64,000 nucleotides of DNA, taken from assembly GCA_001949185.1 (NCBI GenBank), contig BDGG01000001.1, positions 696,128-760,127 on the forward strand, in the 5' to 3' direction. Source of the stretch: Ramazzottius varieornatus (taxonomy: Eukaryota > Animalia > Tardigrada). Numbering within the stretch: position 1 is the stretch's first letter; each line of letters begins with the position of its first letter. A program made the position numbers and the translations under genes. Positions 39,596-51,626 of the stretch are shown here, one piece after another. The notes beneath the pieces are model-generated. The model saw only the letters and a list, made by a program, of their open reading frames with translations, had not been told where the DNA came from and did no database searches.

Positions 39596-42500
39596 ATGGC
39601 TCTAATCTACTTGTTTTTCTGCTGGTGGTGCGGACTAAGGGTGCTGATGGTCAAATGTTCTGATGGTCAGTCGGTTTTATCGGGCAGTAATGAAATGAAC
39701 AGTGGTACCGAATTTCACGGGCATTTATCAGTAGACGGACTGTTGGAAATCGCTCACGCACCCGCGGACTGTATTGTGGCGCAGGAGTTTCCTTGTTACG
39801 ACAGCGGACAAACCTGCTTACATCAGCGATTATGGTTCGTACGGTGCTAAAGCTTTCAGAGTGTCAATCTCGTGCAGAACTTTATCTGTCGAAAAGTTGT
39901 TATGGTCCACATTACTAGTACTGTGTGGTGATTTCAGGTGTGACGGGGTTATTAATTGTCCGGAAACCGGCTTCGACGAGATGAACTGCAGTGAGTTCTG
40001 TCATTTCTCAAATGCGACGTCAGTTAACCTTTTGAATCTGTCACTAAGCTTGGAGAAGTGCGTTAATGTCTACACTTAGACGCCATCGATGCCCCACTTC
40101 ATCCGCTAGATCGAAAAGGCATTGCACGTGTTTGATAATTAATACCTGTATTCTCGATAGCCCACCATTCGAAATCCTTCCAACATTTCTATGCGAATCT
40201 GCCGGATTCAAACGATAAGCTACAATTAGAAGATTGCTGTAAGACTCCCGGCTAATTGTTACCTGCGGTACGTACCACACCCAGTCATGTCCGTTACGTG
40301 AATCGATTTCAATTCAGACTTGGATCAATACCCGGAAGAGTGTCTATGCATGCACCGGACCACGGTCAACTGTTCGAGCCTGGACCTGCTGAGCGTTCCT
40401 GCCGACATTCAACCTCCGCAATTATTAAAAAAACTGTTAGAAATGCTATTGCTCCTTTCGGTTAGCCGGGAAAGAGCCTTGTAACGGTTTATCAGTATTG
40501 CTTTCTTGACGTAGACTACTGTCTCGAAACCATCTGTCTTACCTACCCAACGGAGCTTTCTCGCGATATGCGACGAATCTGACTGTCCTGTACGTCGGAC
40601 CTCCTCTATCAACGTAACCAACCGATGATATTCTTCTTTGGGTTTCAGCGATTTGTCTTTCAACCGCATTACTGTGATCGAAACTGGCGCTTTCAACGGA
40701 CTACTGAAACTTCGCTTCTTGTAAGACAATATGGCCGTTCAGTTATGAAATATAGAACACTTCAGTTGTCATCTACAACTGTTACTTTTCAGATTTCTCA
40801 ACGACAACAGAATCTCCGTTATACAGCCGTACACGTTCTCCAATGTTCCGCAGCTGGAGATGCTGTAAGCATGCAACCATCGATTTAGTAAACCGCGAAA
40901 TTTGAGTCCCCACTGTATTTCCCATTGCAGATACTTTTCCGATAATCAGCTTGTTGACTGGGAGCCAGAGGCGTTCAAGGGCAACAATGATCTGTACTGG
41001 GTGTGAGTAGAGTTCAAAGGTCGCCGTAAACTTCCGCGCTGAACGTCCATCACCACACTCTATCCTACAGGGACGTGCGGAAGAACCAACTACAGCTGCA
41101 AAAGAAGAATATGCTGCTGTATCTGGCAACCCACTGTAGCAGCAAGTGTCACCTGTGAGTGCCACTGAGATCTAAGCTACGAAACAAATAACTAACTGTT
41201 TTTGGAGGACTTGAATGAGGATCCACATACACTAATTGACTCTGGCTGTGTTGCAGGGAATTTGACCACAACAACATCACCTCTGTAACACAAAGCACAT
41301 TCCTCAACTTCACCACCTTCTACTTACTGTGAGACCGCAACAGCCTGCTACATGGGTCCTGGGACTTGGGATAATAAATAAGTAATCACAATAAATTGTA
41401 GACTCAGTACATGTCCATGTTTTTGATAGTTCGCTGGCGGACAATAAAATATCGGAGATTCACGAAAACTCGCTTTCTCATCTGGTTCTACATGGACTGT
41501 AAGTAATCCAATAAAGTTATCTTCTACACGCGCCTGCCCCAAAACGTGGGAATGGACAAAAATGTGCACCACGGAGCGAAAGCGGTACGGGCCAGCTGAA
41601 GTCGACCAATCAATTAGATCAATCGGAGCAGCGCCGCTTTCGCTCCGCTAGCAGCCCACATTTTTGTCCACGCCCACATTTAGGGTAGGCGCGTCTACAG
41701 AATTAACTTAGCTTTCGTTGTTTACGATATCAAGCCAAATTACTGCAGAATACTGAAGGGTAACCGGATAGAGCAGTTTCCACCGCGCCTCCTAGCTGGA
41801 CAGACCAAGCTAGTTGATTTGTAAGTGAGACAAAGTTAGTTATCCTAGTTTGCTGAATTTGCTGAATCGTACCTGAACTGTGGAACAGCCACCTTTGGTC
41901 TATCATGTCAAAGCTGACGTTGCAGATACATGGGCCACAATCCGATTCAATACCTTGCTGAAAACTTCTTCGACGGACTATCTCATTTGAAATTACTGTA
42001 ACGTGCCCGTTCAACTCCTGATGACCTTTCCGAGTCAATTTTACCAAGGTGCCTTTGTTGGCAGAAACTTAAGCGGTCTCACAATATGGAATATATCCAG
42101 TCGGATGTTTGGTGACAAAGACCTGAACATTGATCACATGTGGGAAACTTCAAAAAAGTGTCTGATATTTACGTGCACCACAATTGCTTTCCTTACAGCA
42201 TATTTTCAAAGATGTACTACTGTGGGTATGCATCTCACATCCAAGACTGTTACCCACGACACGATGGCATCTCCAGCACGAAGAACCTATTGGACAACTC
42301 GGCTTTGCGGATATTCAGCTGGTCCATTGCCGTCCTTGCAATCTCCTTCAACCTCTTCGTCATATTTGCCAGATGCTACCTCTGGCAAGGATCCAGCGAA
42401 CTGCACAAGGTTCAGTCCTTGTGTATAACGGCTCTTGCAGGTACCACCAATCAAATCTGACCTTGACTTTGAATCTAAATCAGGAAGTGATCCGACAAAT

Positions 42501-44297
42501 GAACAATTTCCTTTATGAATACTCTGACCGCGTCTAGACTAGTATTCCTTTTCCTTAGTGGCCGATCTCATCATGGGACTGTACATGTTAATTATCTCTG
42601 TCACGGATCAAATCTACAAAGGCAGATATCACCTGTATTCCCACCTGTGGTCGCGGAGTATACTTTGCCGCTTCTCTGGTCTCTTGGGTAATTAACTGTA
42701 CCTGCTCAAACATGTTTAGTGCACTCTCAGGAGGGTACTTCAGCCACCGTGGTATATTGACTGATTTTTTCTCCAGCGGTAGTTTCCTCGGAGGTTTCCG
42801 CGTTGCTTCTGGTCTTCATGGCACTGGAGCGCTACACGTTGCTAGTGTGGAACCCTTTTCACCGGAGCGAAGCCAGCATCCGCAACACAATGACGTGGAT
42901 TGCTGGCTGTTGGATCATAGGTATAAAATTAGGAGGGATATTCAATGAACTCAGTGTGAGAGCTCGGAAAAAACCCTGGCCAGATCGCTTTTCAAATAGC
43001 GCATCGGTTCTGTGTAGTTGGCTGGTACAAGTTTGGCATTTTACCCGGGTGACGCGCGTTCTCAGTATTTTTTGCCAAGAAATGCGTCAGTTGGGGTAAC
43101 GATTTAGTCAAGTTTGCTTGCCGGGCTGCTCTCAGTGCATTTCGATGTTGGTCCTGCAGGGGGCGCAGCGGCGTTGTTTCCGCTCGTTCTCGACTACGGA
43201 AACATCGATGCAGGCTACCAACCTTTCTACGGTCAGAATGGTGTCTGCTTGCCGCTGTACATTCACGAACCCTACATGGATCAGGGATGGATCTTCTCGC
43301 TCATCACTTTCGTCATTATGCCTTTCACTGCTTCGGTCATCACCATCGGACTATACTTCGCTATTTTTCACCATTTGAGAAAATCTCGACCACAAGCTTA
43401 TCGCTCCCACTCTGAAAGTTGCTACCTGAGAAAAGTTTTGGTCATCACCATATCCAATAATATTTCGTGGGCCACCATCATCGTGACAAAAGTTCTCGCG
43501 CTGTCGATGGTGTCCATTCCAGGTACGTCAATCAGTCTCATTCTATGATTACCTTTAGATTCGAGTTGAGCGACCTGCTAGCTAGAGATTCGGTTATTTT
43601 CTCCAGGTGAAGTGTACGCATTCATGGCTATATTCATCCTGCCAGTCAACTGCTGTCTCAACCCTCTAATCTACACCATGATGACGCCCAAGTTCAAGTC
43701 TTTCTGGAGCTTCACCAGATGGTGTCCATCCATCGAGTTCTCCAAGTCACGAGCGGAAGCTGCTGCCTTGCGCCGTGCCGTAACGTACCCTGCCGGAGTC
43801 AACGGTCTCAACAGTAGATACGGCTCGTACAGTGTACCGCTTCGGCGTAAGCCATGTTTGCCATGAAGGCTGTCCAATGGATGAGCGGAACTTACAATGG
43901 AGTTTCGTTGTTTCGTACAGGTTCAAACGGTTCTTCGACGACATTGTCCTCTCGTTACACTATCACGAACTTCAATGGCCAATCGGTAACCTTCTCTCGA
44001 CAAAACAGTAGTCAGATGCAGCTTACTGCACGTATTCGCAAAGAACCATTGCAGGGTCGCCGAAGCAACCCCGTGACGCAGCGACAGGCTCCGTTATTGG
44101 CTCCACCCCTTTCTGCCTTGCTAACTACTGGTCCGATCATGACAGATTCGAACGTCAAAGAATCGAGCTTCAGTGTACCGAAACTGAACGACACACAAAC
44201 GGCTGACTTGGACACGGATGAAGATCAGGGCATTGTTGTCTTGAACACGAGCAATGCCGAAGAGCCACTAACCTCCTCACCCAAATGGGATTGGTAG
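39596..44297 (+). CDS. Relaxin-receptor-like LGR type C (signal peptide, one LDLa, LRRNT, 10 LRR, 7TM); paralog A
   Basis: Signal peptide MALIYLFFCWW. Six-Cys LDLa (C..EFPC..C..WCDGVINC..FDEMNC). Ten ~72-nt phase-2 LRR exons 40514-42140. Hinge YYCGYASHIQDCYPRHDGISSTKNLL, ADLIMGLY, ERY, QNGVCLPL, PVNCCLNPLIY; stop TAG 44295-44297. Confidence 0.9.
41514..41709. repeat. Intronic foldback / MITE-like element (LGR-A intron)
   Basis: acgcgcctgcccc..tggacaaaaatgtg..cggagcgaaagcgg pairs with ccgctttcgctccg..cacatttttgtcca..gggtaggcgcgt. Confidence 0.8.
42959..43130. repeat. Intronic palindrome family, degenerate dimeric copy (LGR-A intron)
   Basis: gagctcggaaaaaaccctggccagatcg..aagtttgcttgccgggct outer arms with degenerate cores. 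Confidence 0.65.
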
Positions 44298-45500
44298 ACA
44301 GCATATGAACGTTACCACATCATTATCTGTCCTGCCTTCCCGCTGCTTTGTCTTTCGTGAATTCCCGCCCTTCCTTTCGGCACATCGTTCCTCGTCGTAC
44401 AACATTCTTTTCACTGCCATGTTTACATCATGTGTACGTCCAAGCAGCGCAAGTCGCAGTCCAGCCCGGGTCGCCCTCTCCACTCTGCAGCCAGCACCGC
44501 GCGCAGAATATACGAGTATTTTTGCGCTCGAGTTTTTCTGTGTCTGTAAAGACGATAACTACTAATCCCGTAAAAATTCCTTTTTATATTTCTGTGATAC
44601 AAGGGTCTGCTGACATCGATCTGACAACTGTTAAAGGTCGGCAAGTGCATGGTTGTCCATAATTAAAGTCTGTTCCGTGTTGACCGCACGTCACTCGCAG
44701 GTGACAATCATGTTTTTTGCGGTACGGCTCCTCCGGACGTAGGCGTACCGTTCTTGAGTTGTCGATGCCGAAGTCAACCTCCCATACTTTTTTGCATTGT
44801 TAATTATATGTCACCGATAGGGCAGAAGCGCTTGTTAGCTACGATCAGGCACCACAGGGCCTTCCGCTTCCTGTCCAGCTTTTTTTGCCGGCCTGCCCTT
44901 TACGTTACCTCTTGCCGATCCTACGTTCCACACACGAAATTTCCGGCAAGAAATTGGCCGCTTTCATCTCTCAATGAAAAAGCTGCTCCCCTGAAGCGTA
45001 CCTGGATCTCTGTGGACCGTGTCATCAACGTCACATAAATCCTAACCTGACATTTTGGCACTTCCTGACTGTTTCCCACTAAAGCATAGTATCGGGCATA
45101 CGTTTAAAGCACGTACGTCATGGAGGGGACAGAGCGCCCAGAAGAGTTTCAGCACGTATTCTCGATTTGTATTCGTTCTCTTCTGTGTGAAAGCTGGGTA
45201 AAAGTTGGCTGAAACAAGGACGTCTAGAGTTAGTCCTTTCGCACTATCGCCATTTCCTTCGTGAACCTGGAATCGTTCGGTACGTATACGCTAAGTGATC
45301 TTGTGATTGATGCCATGCAGCCATCTTCCGGCACACATAGAGCGGCTGTGTGGGAGATCGATTATGAATTACTAATTTCTTCCGGATCGCTCAACGCCAC
45401 ATGAGGCAGTTCAACCTCGTTATCGCGCTGGTGGTTGAGCAGTTTCTGCTCGATGCTGAAAAATTTATCCGAAGATTCTTTCTCTCTTCAACACTGCAGA

Positions 45501-48500
45501 ATGAGATTGTTCGTTTGCTCGGTTGCGGTCTTGCTATCGTCATACTGTCTTATGTTCTCAAGTAAGTAACTAAACCTAACTGCAGACTAAGTTCTTCTTA
45601 TGATGTCGCGAGTATTGATGAAGGTTGAACGGAGACATCTCTGGTACCTTTCCAGAAACTTCGAAAGTTACTAGACTGAATACAGAATTTCCCTGTGTCG
45701 GTGATGACCATGAGCGAATGTGCGATGAGGCAAAACGGACTTGCGTGCACTGGAGTCATTGGTGTGACGGAAACTGTAAGCTTATGGTACATTGAAGGAA
45801 TCCTTCAACAAACGAGGACGTCATTGTTTTATTCATGTCTTCCTTTTGTATCCTTTTCAGATGACTGCGCCAACAAAGCTGACGAAGATGTCACATCCTG
45901 CAGTAAGTGGGTGGTAGCCAGACGAAACGTACAAGATTATCTCAAGTGGCGCACGCCTTTATTGGCGGTGGCTGAAAGCGTACGCCACTTAGGATAACAG
46001 TGCTCGAAGTTTTGTTCGACGGCTTTCAAGTGTGCTATCCCTGTTTGGTTAATTATTTTTAGGAAAGCTTTTTTATCTGGTTTGAATTTCGCCATAACTA
46101 TTTTAGGCCACGAAAGCTCTTTGTTCAACGAATTCGCGATCGACAACGAACCACCAGGATTGCAAGCCGGCGTATGTCTCCCCAACAAGCAAAACCATGA
46201 GGAGGAAGGCTCCTGTGGTAAGTCTGCAGCGCAGTCTGACCCAATGGCCTTGGCCTTGAAATTTCCTTTCCCCGATGACGTGACGAATGCATTTCCAATT
46301 AGGCTTTAGAGAATAGTCTAATCCAGCCATGCTGTTTCCTGCCCATGTTGATGTTCTGGGATGTGAGATTGATGACGGATGTGTCTGCCTATTATACATG
46401 TATTACAGTACTTGACGATTATCCCTTGGACTGCACATGTCACAAAGGAACATGGTTGACTTGTAACAACATCGGCCTGACAGCCGTTCCCACCCATATC
46501 CGCCCATCTGAAATCCTCACGAAACTGTAAGTAGCTCTACGAGTTTCAGAGCGTTAGGTACCCGACCTATTTGAACGTTTATTTCCAGAGTTCTGCGTAA
46601 CAACGAAATCACTCGCATCCCCACAAACGCTTTCAGCGTTTACCCCAACTTGACGTTGATGTAAGCTTAAGGCTGGGACTTCAAACCTTATTCTCCTCTG
46701 CGAACTGTATTTGATAGCGATGGCCTATTTTCCAGTGACCTGACCGGAAACAAAATTCACACCGTCGAACCAAATGCCTTCGCTGGACTATCACTCCTGA
46801 AAGGCCTGTAAGATCTAGGTTCACTGTCACGGCTCCTCGTGGCTTCTTGCCTGATCTGTTACAACGAAAAAGTATTTTCAGTTTTCTTCAAAATAATCAG
46901 CTCGATGCTCTGCCAAACGGGACGTTTTCCACCACGACCAATCTTGCTCAGCTGTAAGTCTGGTGATTGCATTCTCAACCTGATGTTCGCTGCATCGTCA
47001 CAGTGGGACAACAATCAGCAACGGATAGTTTACGACCACGTTGACATCTGAGGTCGTTATCATTTCTTTGACCTTCCAGAGTGTCCCGAAAACGCTGAGC
47101 CAATACATCCGGGTGCAACCTCACGTCAACATGGTTTCATGGCCGTATTTTTACAGGTACCTGTCGTACAACAAATTCACTGACTGGAATCCTGATTTAT
47201 TTGCGGGTGTTCGATGCCTCAACCAGCTTTACATGATTGGCAGCCACATCCGCCTTGCCTCCGATGGCCTTTTCCAGCACCTAAACACGCTGCGCTACTT
47301 GGAACTTGCCCATAACGATATTGCAGAAATCAAGGAAAACACCTTCAACGGGCTTTCGCTGTTGAAACTTCTGTGAGCGACTTTATATCATTAGAAAGCC
47401 AAGGACTGTAGTTTACGAGTTTGATTCTTTCAGAAATCTCAGTGACAACGCAATTCATTTTATATCTTCCACCGCCTTTCAGAAGCTCAAGCTGAGTGAT
47501 CTGTAAGTATAAGATCGTCAATCACGGAGTGACTTTCCTAATGAGTTGACGATGATCCATGGCCTCACCATGACACTGATCTGCTGACACTTCCTCATCT
47601 CATTTCCCGTATGCTCTAATATTCATGGGATGTGGTCTACTCATTTCCCGGAATTCCCTCATCTGACAAGAACAACCCTGGGTGATCTTCTCTTTCTGTT
47701 GAAGTCATTTGTCAATTTGCAGGAGCCTATCACGGAACAAACTGAGCTTCCTGTATCCGACAACCTTCGCTGACCAGCAAAAACTCAGCGATCTGTAAGT
47801 CAATGCCGGCTGAGTAACATCTCCTGAGAGAATTCCCAATATCAGCGCCTTAATCTTTCAGAATCGAAGTTCGCTCTTCCTTTCTTCTTTCTTTCTTTCT
47901 CTAGAGATTTATCACACAATCCTTTACTGAACAACCTTCCGGAAAAATGGCTGTATGGGATGGATAATCTGGTGAAATTGTAAGCCCAGTATGACCTTGA
48001 CGGTGGCAAATTTTCATCGCTGTGTTTTTTATGTTTTAGAAATCTGGAAGGTCTGCAAATCAACAACATCACCAAAAGCATGTTTAGCGATCCGAACAGC
48101 AAGCTGAAATTTGTGTAGGCGTTTCACGATTTATACTTCTTTCCAACTACTGTAGCTCTGCTAATCTAAATCACCAGATTTGCGAACCGCCTACAGGCAA
48201 TTCGGAAAGTTTCACTACTGCAATTACGCTCCACACGTCCAGATCTGCACGCCCAAAACTGACGGCATCTCGTCTAGGGCTAACTTGCTCGATAGCCAGT
48301 GGCTGACGATCTTCAGCTGGATCATTGGTATCGTCGCTCTGGTCGCCAACCTCTTCGTCATTGGAGTCCGGCTTTTCCTCTGGAAAGGAAATAATCAGAT
48401 GACCAAAGTCCACTCGCTAAGCATCATGAATCTTGCGGGTAATTCACCATACGGGAGCTCGGTAAACAAACTCGGCTAGATTGGTGCCTAAATTTGGCAC

Positions 48501-50730
48501 ACGTGTTTGGTGTCGTGGCTGGCAACGTGCGCTACTTAAAACAACGATCTGATCGAACCTTTTTGACGTGCTCTCATATCAAGTGTCGAATTCGACCATT
48601 TCGTTTTGAACCAGAAAGTATCATATTCGTTTCGGCGGCCGGATCCCATGATCATCGTTTTTCCTTCCGAACAACCCTTTTCGACATCAAGTTGTTGGGA
48701 GTATCGAGGGTCATTGCGTGGTCAGTTTGACGTACCTCGCCGTGGCTCGAAGTCTCAGAAAACTGCCCGCCCTTCTAGGAAGATTTTCCGACAAATTCTG
48801 GGGCTAATCGTCAGCTGAGACACTCCCACACAGGGGTTTTGCGTTCGAAAAGGTGCAGGTGCATTCTCACGCTGTATGACTTCACTTTGACCACTGGTCA
48901 GACGGTCAAATGAACCCCAGCATCGTGTTCCTCGATGTTGTTACACCTGATTGCATCAGTAGTTCAACTTGCCCTTGGGCTCCCAAAATTTTGAACTCGT
49001 TTCGTGAACAAATTGCCCACTGATCAATCGCTATGGAATTTGGCCGCCGAAAGGCCCGAAATGCATATGGAGCGACGAACCAAAACTTGTTCGATCTGGT
49101 TGCAGCTGCCGATCTGGTCATGGGTTTTTACATGTTCATAATATCCAGTGCCGATGCAACCTACAAGGCTGACTACAGTAAACATTCCTACCAGTGGGTC
49201 CACAGCCATCTTTGCCGCTTCTCTGGTGCCATTTCGGTTGTATCCTTCGACTCGTCCGCACTCCTCCTCGCTTACATGGCAATCGAACGCTACATCCGTC
49301 TGGTCTACAAACCGTTTGCCCAGAAAGGTCTCAGCCTGCGAACTGCCACGGTACAGAAAAGCATTGCACCTCGCGTAACATCGTAGTAAAACGACAGAAT
49401 AGACATCCCGGTTCGTTGTCTTGACACTTTTTGTAACAATACTGAACCAATGAGAAACAGAAATTTCTTGTGTGCGCCTTTTCTGATGTGGACAATTTTA
49501 CTCATTGCTTGCTGCTCCCAGGAATGCATCGTGGCCTGTTGGGCTTTCGGTCTAATCGCCGGCATACTTCCTCTTTTCGCTCAGCTGGACGTAGATGGCG
49601 TACAAGTCTTCTATGGCCAAAATGGTGTCTGTCTCCCTTTGTTCATCCACGAACCCTTCTTCAAAGGCTGGTGGATGTCGACATTGATTTTTATCGTTGT
49701 CCCATCCACAGCCATGCTAGTCGTTGTTTGCTGCTATGTCTCGGTCTTCCGCCACATCGAAGAGTCGCGTCAAGCCACCGACCGGGTCTCTGCTGACAAG
49801 CCCCATCTCAAACGGGTCCTCACCATCACAATATCCAACCTATTGTGCTGGGTTCCCATCATCATCTTAAAAGCCATGGCTATGGCTATGTTCGCGATTC
49901 CCGGTGAGACCAAGTCGAGAAATTTCACAAAATAGGAGCCAGGCAAACAAACTCGACCAGATCGATTTCTCAAGTGGCGCACAAATGGACCAATATTGGG
50001 TGGAGATGTGCGCCACTTGGGAAAGCGATCTGCTTGTATTTGTTTGCCGAGCTCCCCAATTTCAACTTTTGACTGGTGTTCGTCCAGGTCAAGTGTATAG
50101 CTGGATGGCGGTCTTCATTCTACCTTTGAATTGCTGTATCAACCCGATCATGTACACACTCATGACACCCGAGTGCATCTCCGCCATGAAGAACTGTAAG
50201 TGGTGTAACCACACCAGAAACTCTTCCATCAACAGCAACAGTTGCTGCAACACTGCCTTCTCTGTCTCCACTAACGGTCGGGTTCGATCGTGCGCCAGTC
50301 TCACCCTTCGTAAGATTTGGCCCCACAAGGTTAACGATCCTCTGTTTCAAATCTATAACAAACGAAGGTTTGTACTACAGGCCACGCTCAGTCGTCTGCC
50401 ACATCGATCTCAAAGACCTCAGCCAGTCGAATGCACAGTTCTCGAAAGCCTTACAAGGGACTGCGCCGTACGAGCTCCCTCTACGCTTTCCGCACCAACC
50501 GCAGTTCACGCACTTCAGGAACAGCATCCTACTGGCTCCCACCAAAGTCTGCTTCGACTACGTGCGGCAACCCGCAGTCTACTTCGGATTATGAGAGCGA
50601 GTCTCTGGTCCACAGTCCCGACGGGAACACAGTTCCGATCACCACTGTTTCGGAAAGCGTTGCTATTGACATGACCGCTCCGGGCGACGTTTTCAAGGTT
50701 GGTCCATTTCGATGGACTTTGGGTGATTAA
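45501..50730 (+). CDS. Relaxin-receptor-like LGR type C (signal peptide, one LDLa, LRRNT, 10 LRR, 7TM); paralog B
   Basis: ATG 45501 MRLFVCSVAVLL. LDLa C..C..CVHWSHWCDGNYDCANKADEDVTSC, 10 LRRs 46590-48114. Hinge FHYCNYAPHVQICTPKTDGISSRANLL, ADLVMGFY, ERY, QNGVCLPL, CWVP, PLNCCINPIMY; stop TAA 50728-50730; AATAAA at 50757. Confidence 0.92.
45913..46030. repeat. Intronic palindrome family, monomeric copy (LGR-B intron)
   Basis: tatctcaagtggcgca-N27-tacgccacttaggata. Confidence 0.85.
48454..48575. repeat. Intronic palindrome family, monomeric copy (LGR-B intron)
   Basis: ggagctcggtaaacaaactcggctagat..tggcacac..gtgcgctactt..acgatct. Confidence 0.75.
49935..50056. repeat. Intronic palindrome family, full monomeric copy (LGR-B intron)
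   Basis: ggagccaggcaaacaaactcgaccagatcgatttctcaagtggcgca-N27-tgcgccacttgggaaagcgatct..tttgtttgccgagctcc; defines the ~120-bp monomer. Confidence 0.9.
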
Positions 50731-51626
50731 GGATATTAACTTCCCCAGAAATACAGAATAAAAATCTTTATCTTTTTACCGTCCACAATATTCAGCTGCA
50801 AATGATCTAACACGACGCGCTTTCTTGCTTGCTTTGCACTTTAGTCCACATCGAAACACGGTATCTTTGTATAAAATGGTGACTAGTATCATCCGTTGAA
50901 AGCACTGTGGCGGAATTTACTACGTACTGTTGATCCAAAAGTTTCCGCTAACCTGTTCTTTCCGGCGGTTTATGTGGTTTGGTTTGACAATTACACCAAA
51001 CTAATTTTGGTGGTTTGTGGGAGAAACCGTCTTTATTAGCACTTTGCGTCCGACCGTTGTCTTTGTGTATACAATCACTCAGTTTTATTCAACTCCCAGT
51101 TTTAGCTTTTGATCTTTCGGGTCTGGGTCTTTTTGTTTGCATGTACCTCGGTCTTCTCACCAAAGCAACATTAATGACCAGCGGTCAGCAAAACTCCAGC
51201 ACGCTGGTAATTTTTTCTACGGTTTCGGGTGGTTTTGTTAAACTTGGTGTTTCGTCTCTTCGCGCGGGACACGTGCACGGTATTCGCTCAGAAAAGAAAC
51301 GGGAGCACTGGGGATAGTCGTATCTATCGAAGCCGAGCCTGGGATAAATTTTGTAGTCATCAGTGCGGTCAGAAGAAAATCAAGACGACCAGTTTTCCCT
51401 TTTGAGATTTGGCGTTCATGGTCTGCCAATTATCCGAATTTTGAAATTTAGAAAATTGCCTATCGGTTGGACCAGCCTCCGCAACTCGGTACCAGCCAAT
51501 AAAATTCTTGTATACACAAAAAGGACGGTAGTATTCTGCAAACATGAAAATGATCGTGCTGAAATTGTTAAACAGCCCGTAGGTTTGTTATTGGCTCGTC
51601 GAAAATCCGGCCGATTCAGGGGACTT

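Noticed and set aside
4546-50056. CRISPR-like or integron attC-like reading of the fixed-length-spacer repeats
   Set aside because: Units are inverted pairs scattered in spliceosomal introns, spacers descend from one consensus, arrays never exceed two units, and no cas or integrase gene is present.
4526-50087. Palindrome family as intron-generating (Introner) elements
   Set aside because: Element ends do not coincide with splice sites, and some host introns sit at positions shared with element-free paralogous introns.
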